From NCBI GenBank assembly GCA_000320545.1, contig ADNK01002346.1, positions 60,489 to 124,488 on the forward strand: 64,000 bases of DNA, read 5' to 3'. This document shows positions 25,217 to 37,434 of the stretch, piece by piece. Each line of letters opens with the position of its first letter. Positions within the stretch are counted from its first letter, which is position 1. A program made the translations under genes and the position numbers. This stretch comes from Bigelowiella natans CCMP2755. Taxonomy: Eukaryota > Protista > Cercozoa. The notes beneath the pieces are model-generated. The model made no database searches, was not told the origin of the DNA, and saw only the letters and a list, made by a program, of their open reading frames with translations.

Positions 25217-26753
25217 TCATTGCCATGCTTTCGAACGCACAAACTCCTCTTCCGCCTCACTCATTGGATCATCTTGTAATGCCTGCAAATATGCATGGTT
25301 TTGTGAAAATACAAACGGTAGTGTGGGCAACGAAATGAAGGATCGTGCACCTTTCGGAACGGATTACAACCAAATTTGCCCCATGCTTCTCTCAAATCCC
25401 TAGAGAACTCTCTGAGGCATATCAGTGTAGCAGCCTCTGAATATGCATCGCCAAGCTGAATATTTCGAACGCAGATTTTTAGAGCTTAGTTTTTGAAGAT
25501 ACATACCATGAATGTTTTTCTTCATATCTACCTGTCCGATCAACTCGTCGATTTTTCGAATTCCAACTTGCATGTCTTCCTCCTTCCCGGAATTGAGTAG
25601 GGACATATACACGAGCATTCTACATAAGCAACAGCGAAAATACAACATGCAGGGCATTCACTCGATGTGTAAGCTGAATATCCGTGCGTTTCCGACCTTT
25701 CAAAGCCAGTATATCCAAATTCCTAAATCATATGATAAATCAAATTTTCCCTCCATTGAACAAGAGTATCAGAGAGAGAGGAGAACCTGTGATGTATCTG
25801 CGCCAATGTGGACCATAGTTGATGCAATAGTTAAGGCAACATCGTCGAATTCGTGAACCTTTGAGAGGAATCATCATCATCATCATCATCATCATCACAT
25901 CATCATCGTTGTGCCTAAATGAATCTAAGATCAATACCTTTTCAGGATCATTTCTATGGATTGCTCTGTGGATGAAACCGTTTAAAACTATTAGTGCTAA
26001 GGCTCCTTCCGACTGAGGGTAGGAAAAACAACAATGCTATAACCCCGAGCTTAGAGAGTCAAATTTGGTTGAAACAGCAACATATTAGTAATGAATATGT
26101 TCATAGATGCCTCTTTTGCTTGAGTCCATGGAGTATCTCCTTGTATCAATAGGCCCTGATTAAGCCAATCTAGTCAGCTGGTAAAATCCATACACATATT
26201 CTGGAACGCTATCAATTATTTGCTTGCTATGTAGTCACATGATTCGCAGTTGCTGAAAGTACAACTACCCACCGTCTGGCCTGCAATTATCGTTTCTGTA
26301 AAGACTGTATCTAGCTCCTCGCCCAGTTTCTTTCTCATTTTTGAATCTAGAGGCATCACACCGCCAAATTGTCGACCCCACCATAACGCAAGCTGAACCT
26401 TTACAGCACACGTGCACGAATTATTGACTCAGAAAGGATTCGAAAGATTGAAGATTAGTCGGTAGAGTAACAGTGACTGCAGCATTAAGCAGGAGTATTA
26501 CCTCCTCAATTTCATCTACGGGGGCAGATTTACGGTCCCAAACATCAACAGGTGCTCCGAACCAATAGTCGAGAATCTCTTTTGGTGATTTGATGTTTCC
26601 GTTGACGGTGGTACTACTGCTGCTGCTACTACTGCTACTGCTACTGCTGCTGCTCGTTGAGAACCGTAATGAAGATGCTAGTGTTCGAACCAAAGGATAT
26701 TTATTTGCAGATAACGTGATTCTCCTTAACTTGCCCGTCATTATCCTCATCAT
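25217..26753 (-). CDS. DUF924-family protein with a predicted mitochondrial presequence
   Basis: MMRIMTGKLRRITLSANK...LRFST presequence, then PKEILDYWFG, LWW, GALALIVL, EFDDVALTIA, LVYMSLLNS and AWGKFGCNPFRK|ALQDDPMSEAEEEFV. These parallel the DUF924 motifs V..FWF, LA.II.LDQ, F.YLP..HSE and RFGRFPHRN...T.EE..FL. Confidence 0.7.
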
Positions 26754-27438
26754 CCTAAGGTAGGGGGCAGTTCTGTGTGTTTTGCGGCGTTTGTCAAATA
26801 GGGTCCTATTTCCCCCATGCGACAACCCGTCCATTCCCATAATTTGAAGCGACACATATCCAACACAAAACCAGCATAATTGCAGGACATTTTTGTAAGA
26901 ATTGAGTTTGCATCTTCACAAAAATTTAGCAAATATCTCGAAATCCTCATGCATTTCAGAGAGGAAAGCGTGAGGGTTTTCAGCTAGGCAATGCTACGAC
27001 TACATAACATTAGAGGAAATTTCTCACTATATTTAACATACGACAACAAAAATACAAGGTTTAGAGATAGAATATAAATAGATTTAGAGATATCTATCAC
27101 CTTTGGAGAGTTTTTTATGTCTTACACGGCCTCTGCTTGTAAGCGCCCCTCCTCGCATTAGTAGTCACCCGTACGACACAGGTACCCCATCCCCCCCCTT
27201 CATCAATGTGTTCTTTCGCGTGCTTGGCGTGCTTGCAACGCGAAATGGATTCAATTCGAATTTTCGCTTATTATTCTTTCGGGAGGAAGTTCTACGGTCG
27301 AAATTGAAGGGCTGGGATTTCCCTATCCTCTGATGATAGACACAATGGCGTGCTGTCCTCACGCAATCATATTACTTTTTCAGATTTCTATTGATAAATT
27401 ATTTCTAACAAAAATCCTTGAATATTTTTTAGAGAAGG

Positions 27439-29016
27439 ATGGATACTCAACTTTTGATAATCGTGGCGGCCGTCGCTGGCGTTGGGGCCCTCCTGTTCTT
27501 CGCCACACAAAAATCTAGTGCCTCTGCAGAACCTACAGTCTCAGCAGAAGATAAGCCTGGTAAGACAGCATTGAGGGGGAAGAAAAACAAGAACAAAAAG
27601 AATAAAAAGAAGGGAAATAAAGCAGGCAAGAAGAAAAACCAGCCTAAGGTAGAATCTGTTGCCGATGTGGAGGCCGCACCAGCAGCTGCACCAGCTGACG
27701 CAAAGAAAGAGAAGAAGCTTTCGCGCAACCAGAGGCGCAAGAGAAACGCACGGGCACGCCAAGCTGAAAAGGAAAAGGAAGAGAAAGAACAGAAACTGAA
27801 GGAGAAAGTTAATGGGGGGAAGAAAAAGTCATCTAAAAAATCTACTGCTCCCTCAGCGGCCACTCAAAAGAGTCCTAAACAGAAGCAGGAGGAGGCACGT
27901 AAACGACTGGCAGAGTACAAAAGGGACGCAGAAGAAGGTTGGGAAACAGTTGGCGATAAATCCAAAGGCCAGGATAAATCCAAGAATAAAAAGAAGAAGA
28001 AAGGAGGGGATAAGAAAGCTGTTGAAACCAAAAAATCTGCTCCTGCACTTCCGACTGGTGTTAGCATCTCAAAGTTGGACGTAGATCCCCGTCACTATGG
28101 AAAGATCATTGGGTCTGGGGGAGTAACCCTAAAGGCTATTATGGAAAAGTCTGGAGCTAACATCAGAATGCCTCGCAGAGATGCAGATCCTCCCTCGCGT
28201 ACCGTGACTATCGAAGGCACATCGGATGCGATTGGAGCAGCAAAGGGAGCAATTCACGAGCTGGTCACTAAAGGATACAGTCGCTTATTGAATCCGGAAA
28301 TTGCTGAGGGTTCAATCAGCATTGATCCAAAACTTCACGGACTGGTTATTGGACCAAAGGGCTCCGTTATTAAAGCAATTAAAGAGAAAACTGGCGTGCA
28401 GATAAGCTTACCGTCTTCAGAATCGAAATCCCGTCGCATCAAGTTAAGCGGTTCCAAAAACGGAATCAAAAACGCCAAAGCTGCTATAAAATTTATCTCA
28501 CAGTATCGATACACTCCCCTTCTGAATCCAAGGTTCACCCACTGTGAGGTCACTGTTCCTGAAGGGAAAATGAGCTACATTATTGGCGCGAAAGGCAGTA
28601 CTCGTCGACACATCGAAGGCAATACAAAGGCAAAGATCCACACTCCCATGCGTGGTGATGAGAACCAAAATGTGATTATTGTTGGGTTCCCAGATTGCGT
28701 CGAAAAAGCAAAGAATGCCATTATGAAAATAGTCAATAAACCTGAAGATGGTGATGACGAAGTTGCTGCTAAAGAAGAGTACTATGATGAGGATGAAGAA
28801 GATCAGCCAGATGAAATCGCAGCTCAATATCTTATCGATACGTCCAAGCAACAAGAAGAGGAAGTCGAAGAGTATGATCAAGGTTGGAACAACACCTCCT
28901 CCGAGCCAGTGGAAAGTGGAAGTGCTGCTGCTGCTGCGGATTCTGCAGGAAGCTGGGGTATGCCGTCAAAGGTGGCAAAGGCAGATGGTGATGCTGGTGC
29001 AGGCGATTGGGATTAA
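27439..29016 (+). CDS. Intronless membrane-anchored RNA-binding protein with three KH domains
   Basis: N-terminal hydrophobic anchor LLIIVAAVAGVGALLFFA, a Lys-rich linker, KH GxxG loops KIIGSGGVTLK, LVIGPKGSVIK and YIIGAKGSTRR, and an acidic tail. Single 525-aa ORF. Confidence 0.93.
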   Translation: MDTQLLIIVAAVAGVGALLFFATQKSSASAEPTVSAEDKPGKTALRGKKNKNKKNKKKGNKAGKKKNQPKVESVADVEAAPAAAPADAKKEKKLSRNQRRKRNARARQAEKEKEEKEQKLKEKVNGGKKKSSKKSTAPSAATQKSPKQKQEEARKRLAEYKRDAEEGWETVGDKSKGQDKSKNKKKKKGGDKKAVETKKSAPALPTGVSISKLDVDPRHYGKIIGSGGVTLKAIMEKSGANIRMPRRDADPPSRTVTIEGTSDAIGAAKGAIHELVTKGYSRLLNPEIAEGSISIDPKLHGLVIGPKGSVIKAIKEKTGVQISLPSSESKSRRIKLSGSKNGIKNAKAAIKFISQYRYTPLLNPRFTHCEVTVPEGKMSYIIGAKGSTRRHIEGNTKAKIHTPMRGDENQNVIIVGFPDCVEKAKNAIMKIVNKPEDGDDEVAAKEEYYDEDEEDQPDEIAAQYLIDTSKQQEEEVEEYDQGWNNTSSEPVESGSAAAAADSAGSWGMPSKVAKADGDAGAGDWD

Positions 29017-29199
29017 AGAGAGGGCTTCTAGATACATACTTTCTTCAAAGTCATAGACTTTATACCCAATGTTGGCTAGATGAGTAGAAGACATTATTTA
29101 TTTGCAAAGTGTATTCGCGCCAAGAAAAAACTGTTCTAAATAGAAAATAAAGTAATTCAAAAGTGACCAGATGTGACTGTTATCATACGTGATGGGCCG

Positions 29200-30250
29200 A
29201 TTCAACCGTAATTCAAGTGCGCACGGTAAATGCCTCGATGCATTCGCATGCATGTACGTATACATATTGACCTACATGTTCATAATGTGAGACGGATGTA
29301 ATGAATAAATTAGATTTGTTCAATGGTCATCCTGATCTTGCTGATGTCGCTGTGCAAAGAAGCGGCTACGTACAGCTAGACAGGCTTATATTTTATGCTG
29401 AAACTGTTTGTTTTTTCCCCCCACATACAACATGCGTGCGACGCTGATCCATAGCTGCTAGTTCTTGGTTTCGCAGCACACATGTAAACATGCTAGCTAG
29501 CAGCACTAGAGCATGCTAGCATGCCGCAGACTTGCAAATATTGACATCACATTACACACACAGCAGCAGCACTTACTAGCTTGCACAACACTGGAACAAT
29601 CTAGCAATGTGGGATCTCTAGATCTCTCATGTGGCAATGATGGTCACACCGAACAACACTCAAATGGATCAATCAGTAATGCTAGAATGCGACATGATGC
29701 ATCGCACTCCATGCACAACTAGCTAGCTAGCTAGCAGACAGGCGTGCGCATGCTGATTCTAGCTAGACTTATCTGGACTGTCTAAAAGACTAAGATGCTA
29801 GCAGCTAGCTAGCTCGCTATTAGCTAGTTAGCTCATGGGTCCGAGCTAGCGAGGCTACAGCTAGAAAGCGAAATGAGCGAAAAAAGTCACAAGAATGCCA
29901 TAGCTAGATAGCAGCAGACAATGGGCACAGCAATAAGATGCATAACATACACATGTCATATTGCATGTCTATCATGCAGACGGTCTGCTTTCTAGCTTTG
30001 CACAGCTACATCAGGATGACCATTGAAAAGATTTAATCACTTCATTACATCCGTCTCATCATGCAGACGGTATATCGCCCAGGAAATAAGAGCAATCGTA
30101 TAATGCCCTGCTTCGCAACAGACACAACACAACATGCTAGCATGTGTACGCTCATGGTATACAGCGATATATTTATATATACCTATCACGCACATGTAGC
30201 AGTCAGCTTTAACAGTTTTTGAACGGCGCATCGAACTCGCAGTGGTTTCC
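29200..30250. other. CTAG/CATG-rich intergenic tract between convergent genes
   Basis: Runs such as ctagctagctagctag and gcatgctagcatgc. Contains repeat copy B. Confidence 0.6.
29918..30061 (+). repeat. Dispersed repeat, copy B (copy A at 8041-8160)
   Basis: Direct alignment to copy A in the same orientation. Confidence 0.9.
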
Positions 30251-30255
30251 ATGTC

Positions 30256-32806
30256 TTATGACAGGAGAATTGCTACAGCCGTACTGATATCACCATCAGC
30301 CGAGAGCAATGCATGTGAAATCTCTTGATCTGTCTTCTGGATTCCCATTGCTTTGATCTGTTCCACACCTTCAGCAAAGGGGTTATCGCTCTGCGGATTG
30401 CTGTATTGCGAGAATCCCTGTTCTTGCCGTGCCGCACGTATCTCGTTCAACCTCCGCATCATCCATTGCGAGCCATTATGCAGAGGTCCGACACAAGCAC
30501 AGTTGATATCGTAAGCTTTTTGCATGGCTTTTTCTGCCTCTTCATATCTTTGCATCGTCGAGTATGTACGACCAATATTAGCGTACAGTTCAGCAACACT
30601 ACTATGATTCTCAGTGCCAGTTACAGCGATGTGACTCTTCATGGCTTCCATCTGCAGCCCTATCTTCCGTTCATTCTCTCCCAAGTACCCAATGCAGTTT
30701 CCAAGGTTTATTTTCGCAGTCCCAACGTCAGGATGCCTCTCGTCAATGGATTGCTTCAAAATCGTAACAGCCTGTTCCATGAGAGCTTTGGCCTTTTTCA
30801 AGTTTTTGAGACTATCTCCTTTCTCAAAAGCCATTCCTGTTTTAAAATCAAAGCCGCCCTCCTTCAAGCCCTTATCCATCCATGCAATACCCAAATTCTG
30901 TAGGACGAAAGCGTATTCCTTCCCATGCTGCACCCCGTGCTTACGGTAAATGGAATAGCATCTTTGCATGATTTTAAGCTGCTCCTCCGTATCACCAACC
31001 AGACCTATCGTTTGTGCTAGCTTCCGAAGTGGCACCGTGACAGCGAGTGATTCTTTGCCGTGCATCTGCTCATCTACTCTTACTGCTTCCTGCATGATTT
31101 GTAGTACTTGATCGTGCTTGCCGTATCTTGTGTACAGATTTGCGAGATTAAACAGGTGACTCGAGGGAACAAAGCCAAGAGAGCGGCCAACCTGTATTGA
31201 CTCTATAAGATATTTCTCAGCAGTAACATACTCTCCTAAAGCGGTCGTGCACTCGCCAACCTGGTTGCATATCTGAGCATATTTCTTGTGCTTTGAACCG
31301 TACAACAATTCTGCTTGTTCGGCAAGTTCCAGTAGAATCTTCTTCTTCTCCTTCCAATCACCCTTTTCACCATATACGTGCGCTATTCGTGTTTTTATTT
31401 GAATTTCCGTGTCCTGCAAAGTCCCATCTCGATTAGCATCTACGTCTCCAGGGCTTACTTGGATGTTGTTGGTGAAAAGATGCTTGATTCTAGCCAAGTC
31501 CCCCAACGTTTCTTTGAATATTTGGAGAGCTTTGCTACCATCCGAACTAATGTAAGCAACACCAAGGTTGTGCTTGGCAGCTATGTAAGATTCCCAATGC
31601 GTTTGTAGGAATTGAATTTCGTCTCTCTGAATCTCGAAATCATATCCCTTCAAAACAATAGTCAACATTCTAATTTTCAATGGAAGGAGCTGTAGTCGGT
31701 CACATGCGTTTGCAGCATGCGTCATCATGAACATGGCTTTCACCGCCGAGCCACCCCCTGTGAGTATTCTCTTCAGGAGCATGAAAGCAGTGCAAAATGC
31801 TGCATAGTCAAACTTGATATGGTACAGCACCAAATTACTCCTCATAGATGCAAAGTCTATATTTCTATCTAGAGTCCGCCTTACATATGAGGAGGAGGGG
31901 GAAGGGGAGGAGGAGGAAGTGCAATCTTCTTCTTCTTCTTCCTCAGCTTTGAAGAAATCTGCCATCATCTTCACCACTTGAGCAGTTCTTACCAGCGCTG
32001 TTCGCTCTACAGCTAATTCTGCCGGTATTTTGGGCACACGCATGTACTGTTTGTGCAGCATTTGATGAAGCTGGAGCTTTTGCATGAAATTGATAATCTC
32101 TTCCAAGACTGGATTATTTTTGGGTTTGCTATCATCAGTATTTTCGTCGTCGTCTTTGTGCTTGCAAAAGTGCTTCGCTCTCGCCAGCTCTTTTTGGTTC
32201 ATGGGCTTGAGTAACCCACTGAAAAATTCTATTAATTCAGATGTAGTCTTCTTGTTGTTGTTGTTGTCACCAGACTCTTGATCATTTCCGCTCTCGTCAA
32301 AGACAGCGTCCAAAATCTCAGCTGTGAGAGGTTTGAAGAAGGAATCAAGCAATCTTAGTGGCGGTGTAGATGATGCTGATGATCCTTGTTTTTTATCATG
32401 ACCATCAGCAGCGCCTTCGTTGTCCGGCAAAGAAGCAGCACCAGCATTGCCTTCTCCTCCTCCTCCTCCTCCCCCTCTATCTCCCTCCTCACCATTTCGT
32501 GACGACGACGACTTCATGCCTCTTTCTATCATGCCCCAATACAGAGACAACAAACGACCAAAAGTCCTGAAAATCGCAGTATTATTTCCCTTTGCCACAG
32601 CATCAAATTGAAGCTTAGCCAGTTGGATCACCGTTGATTCCGACCCCCAGCCAGCATGCGATTGAACGACACGAGGAAATGCCGTTTCAAAGCTGGAAGT
32701 CACCTTCAACCCAAGGCGACTGTATATGCCTAATACTGATGCCTGCAGTTTAAGCAGATCAATATGGGATATAGCGCTGCTGCTGCTTTTCCCATGGCTC
32801 GTTGTC

Positions 32807-32837
<31 letters not shown>

Positions 32838-33093
32838 CGGGTTTTTGGTGGTGCTTGGGGTCGTTAATGGTATTTACTTCTTGTGGCAGCTCCATCGACA
32901 CGATTTGTTTGATGAAATCCATTTCTCCTAGTTCTCTTTCTCCGACAATTCGTGCTCCTATTGCCTTATACACCTCTTCCAGTAAATGCGGTTCTTCGTT
33001 TCTAGAAAGCACTTTTCTTGCCGCATCAACAGCGACAAGCAGGTCACTTGGATACACCCTAAGCGCTTCTTGCCGTTTTCCTGCAATTGAGCA

Positions 33094-33128
<35 letters not shown>

Positions 33129-36100
33129 CTCTACCTACTACTACTACCACTACTACTAATTTCTACCACCTTTTTCGAGGAGGTTCTTCTTCTTCTTCTT
33201 CTTCTTCTTCTTCTTCTTGCTGTTGTTGTTCCTTCTCCCAACGTCAAATTTGGTAAGAATCCCTTGGTAAACACATGATTTCCAAAATCCATCTGCCGTA
33301 GGTCCCTTTCCGAACACGTATCGAGTAAGAAGGGCAATCATGAAATACCGCTCAACTTCATGCAAACGGTGGTACTCCGCAATAGCATCTTTGGGATGAT
33401 CTTTAGCACTGTATCCATTCTTAGGGTCTTTAGCAATATCGATGAGCATTGGCCGTCTGCAGTCCTTATTGCGAGCCTTGTAAGATTGCACGCATTTCCT
33501 CCATTTTTGGAACTCATCGTCAAATAGAAAACGGGAGAGAATCTTGCCGGAATTTCGAAAGCATCGTCGTGATATCCCCTTAATGACCCTCAGTACCATT
33601 TCCATCACTAGCACGTTGCATAAGATTGATGATATGACTTCTCGTTGTCCCAGATCCTGTCTCTTCTCCTCTGATGATCTTCCTCCTTCCTCTGCTGCTG
33701 CTCCTGCTGCTGGCATCATGTTGGTGCTGCTTCTTCCACTATCACTACCACCACCACCCCCACCACTTTTCCAGACAGCATGCAGATATGCGTACACATG
33801 CCCCATCAATCTTACGTTTATACCGTGAGAATGCATAATATCGACTAATTCCTTAGCTCTCATCTTAAAATCAACACCTTCGTCTAGCCTTTTTGTAGCT
33901 ACTCTGATCATCTCCTCACATGCCATTGGAACAATTTCAGTTATGAGATGGGTGAATGCCCGATGTGCTTCCAACCAAAACTCCTCGCGTCCAACCTCTC
34001 CAAACCGGGAGAAAACGTCGGCGGAGATAGGTTTTTGGCAGAAATGCCGCATGTATTCTGGGCGGAACAGTCTTACAAGATGGTCACTGTCACCGTTTTT
34101 CCTGGGGGGGTGGCAAGGAAAGAGCCTAGCAAGGTCAATGAGGTAGAAACGGCCATCAACCTTCGATTGATGCCCTTCAATATCCGCTGCTAACCACAAC
34201 TCAGTTGGAGCTGATTTTGTAGTGTCTCTCTCCTTCTTCTTCTCCGGGTCTTTGGCATCGTTGTTGTCACTTGAAGCACTTTTAGCTGCTGCTGATGATG
34301 ATGATGATGGGGCGACAGGATGTGATGCGAGATTGAGTTCCTTTGCTAAATTTTCAACAAGATGCTCAAATGCCTTTGATTTGTTATGGACTGTTTTGGC
34401 CGCATCAGCAGAACCATAGACGATGCTCTCATCACCTTGGATAGGGGTGATGGCCGAGATCATCAGTGTGAATCCAAAGCCTTTACAAGCAAAGGAGAAC
34501 GGTAGAAACACGTTTGCACTGCCGCACTCATGAAGCGTTTCCAGGTGTCTGATTTCGTTCAAAGCTACTTTCGCAGCATCCTCGTGGGAGGAGCCAAACA
34601 CACCGTTTGAATCAACCGCAAACTTAACTAAAGTACCGTTAATCAGGAATTTCTCGCCACCAGCCAACCCGCCAGCTCGTACTGGAAATGGATACTCACG
34701 AATGGGAGGGGGGAGGTGATATTCAGCAACGACTTTGCCGAGGAGAGGTACCATGAAATCGACAATGTAATTTTCCAACTCCCTCTGTCTTTCAACTTTA
34801 TGCAAATCCCCTGCCTTTGTTGCGTGTAGTAGTGCATAGCGTAAAAGAGAGTGGGGGGGGGGGGTTTAGGATTAATAACAAAGGAGCAAGGGCAACTACC
34901 AATAATACATCAAGGATAGATATGGGCTTAAGGGCTGCAATGGTATCAACATATATGCAGCTTATTCTTACTGTGTTTGTTGTCAAATCCTCTCGTATTT
35001 TCTGGAATTGGTCGTTCACAGGACGCGAAGGAATTAACTGATCATTTCCAAAGAATTATAAGATAATCTACTGCAACATTCATATCAACTGCTGCTGCTG
35101 CTGCTCCTGTTTTGGCATTTTCGTATTATGTTATTCCGTGATCACCTGTATCTTGCGGCCAAAGTACTTTTCTCCCTTCTTTTCCCTAATCCCTGATACG
35201 CTCGTATTATCCAAGAAATTTGGAAACTCGTACTCCATAATCATCTAAATAATAGAAGGAAAGAGAACGCAATAAATCAATAAATCAGTAAATCGATATG
35301 AAGGATGCAAGAACCATATATGAAACTAATGACGATATAGGAATAGAGTGCGCATCATCATCATCATCAGCAGCAGCAGCAGCAGTGAAACATGAGGATC
35401 TGACCGTGGAGTCCTCTAAACCAGCGTTCTCTGCATTATTATCATCTTCGTCAGTGCATATGAAAGAGCAACAGCAGTATAAACATAGCCATCATGGAAG
35501 GGGCAGTAGCAGCGGTACAGGAGGAAGGAAGAGTATTAAGGAAAGGTTCTAGATGATAAGCTATTACATATCAAGCTTTTTTATGGCGTCACCATAATTA
35601 GATAAGGTATTAATGGATAGTATCATTCTTCTACTAATTCTTCTTCATCATCATCATCATCATCAACGAATTAATAAAATGTTTAAATCAGAACATTTAC
35701 CTTCTTGCTCAGCGGCAGATTTCTTTCCCTTCTCACGTTTTAAGAATGTACGCGCGTTTTGGACAGAGCAATACTCTACAATCTTGGTAATGTGTTGGTC
35801 TGTCCATTGGTGAATCGACCTATTAGGTAAAGCATCAAGAGGCAGAGCGAACGTCTCTCCCTTGAGTGTAGCTTTCTTCATCATTCCAAGCTTCCATACG
35901 TCTATCTTCTGGGGGACAACAACGGTAGTAGATGCTACTACTGCTGCTGCTGCTGCTGAAGTATGAACATTCCCAAGATTCAGTTGTTGCGTTTTCCCAT
36001 AATCACTTTTACTTTCATCATTGCTGTGATCTAGATTAGCAGTATTATTTCCCTCTACTACTGCGCCATCATCGCAACCATGATTGCTGCCTTTCGCATA

Positions 36101-37285
36101 TACCTTGCTGCTAACACCGTCAGTATGAGCATCATCAACTAATGGTTTTGATTCACCGTACATGATGTCGTCTGGGTCCTTTTCGATTCCATATTCATAT
36201 GTGTTGGCATCATCAATTCTGACAATACCGTCGTTGGTTCCATAGACATTGTTCGTCGTTGAGGATGCCTTAGAACTATTGGTAACAGCAGAAGATGACT
36301 GCTCCTTCACAACACCTAATTCTTTAGATTCTCCGCAGCATCCGTTGCCAATATTATTATCAGCAGCATCATCATCATTGACCACTGGTTGCTTTTGCTC
36401 TTTGGCAGGTTCATGACCTGCAGGTTTCGTCGCCTTAGAAGTCATCAGCGTTGTAGGATCATCATTTGTAGGTACTCCTACTCCGAAGGCGGTAGTCACA
36501 CCATAGTTCGCCTCATTATTACTATTGTTGTTCCTTACACTTATGCCACCATCATGCCCCCCAACGCTAGCTGGTGGCTCGTAGTCGCTTTTCTTCCCGT
36601 TATTCTTCTTAGTATCATTTGACTGTGAGTTTGTGTTGATTTCTTGTCCGTAGATACCTAAGGATGTTCTGCAACCCTCTGATTGCTCGTCTATGCTACC
36701 ACTATGCTGCTTTGAGTCTTTCCTTGTCTTTATGTATTCTGATTTAAGTTCATTTGCATCTCCTCCTCCTCCTCCTCCTCCGCCTTTAAACTCCTCAGAT
36801 TCATCTTCTATGACCTAGATCCAAGTGATAGAGATAATCATGATTTTACCGCATGATAACCAAATCATCAAAAAAGATACTCGCAAACGCCATATTTAGA
36901 TCCACGTTTACAGAGGAGGGGGGAGGGAGAAATTACAGAGCCACCAAAGGTAATACCATTTCCAAGCCTTTCAAACCGCGGTATGCATCATTCTTGTACC
37001 CTTCTTCGTCCCTAATTTTTGAGTATAAAAACCAGAGAATTGTTATCATTCCCCTGCTCGACTCTATCCTGATGATCCATATCTTGTTCTTATTCTTCTT
37101 CTTCTTCGTGACACTAGCTTCCACCAACTAGTCATACAGTTGTGCCTAATATTACATATTACTTGTAAGCATTTTGCAGGTGAGCTACAGCCTTGGCGGT
37201 TTGGAGAGATACGAAATCTTTTTCCCCCATGAACTTCGATAAGAAGAGAATGTTATCTCATTTGAATAGAAAGTAGAATTGCATC

Positions 37286-37324
<39 letters not shown>

Positions 37325-37397
37325 TATGTGCTCATCGCGTTGAAATTCAAATGTAAGATGCATTGTTTCATAGAACTTATTCTTAATTTCAAATCGC

Positions 37398-37434
<37 letters not shown>

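Noticed and set aside
27447-28881. Antisense and alternative-frame ORFs over the KH gene (likewise over the TPR and methyltransferase exons)
   Set aside because: Shadows of real coding sequence with no independent features.
33082-33170. Apparent break between the 549-aa and 964-aa ORFs suggesting two genes or a frameshift
   Set aside because: A phase-1 intron (gtggta...attgcag on the - strand) joins them in frame.
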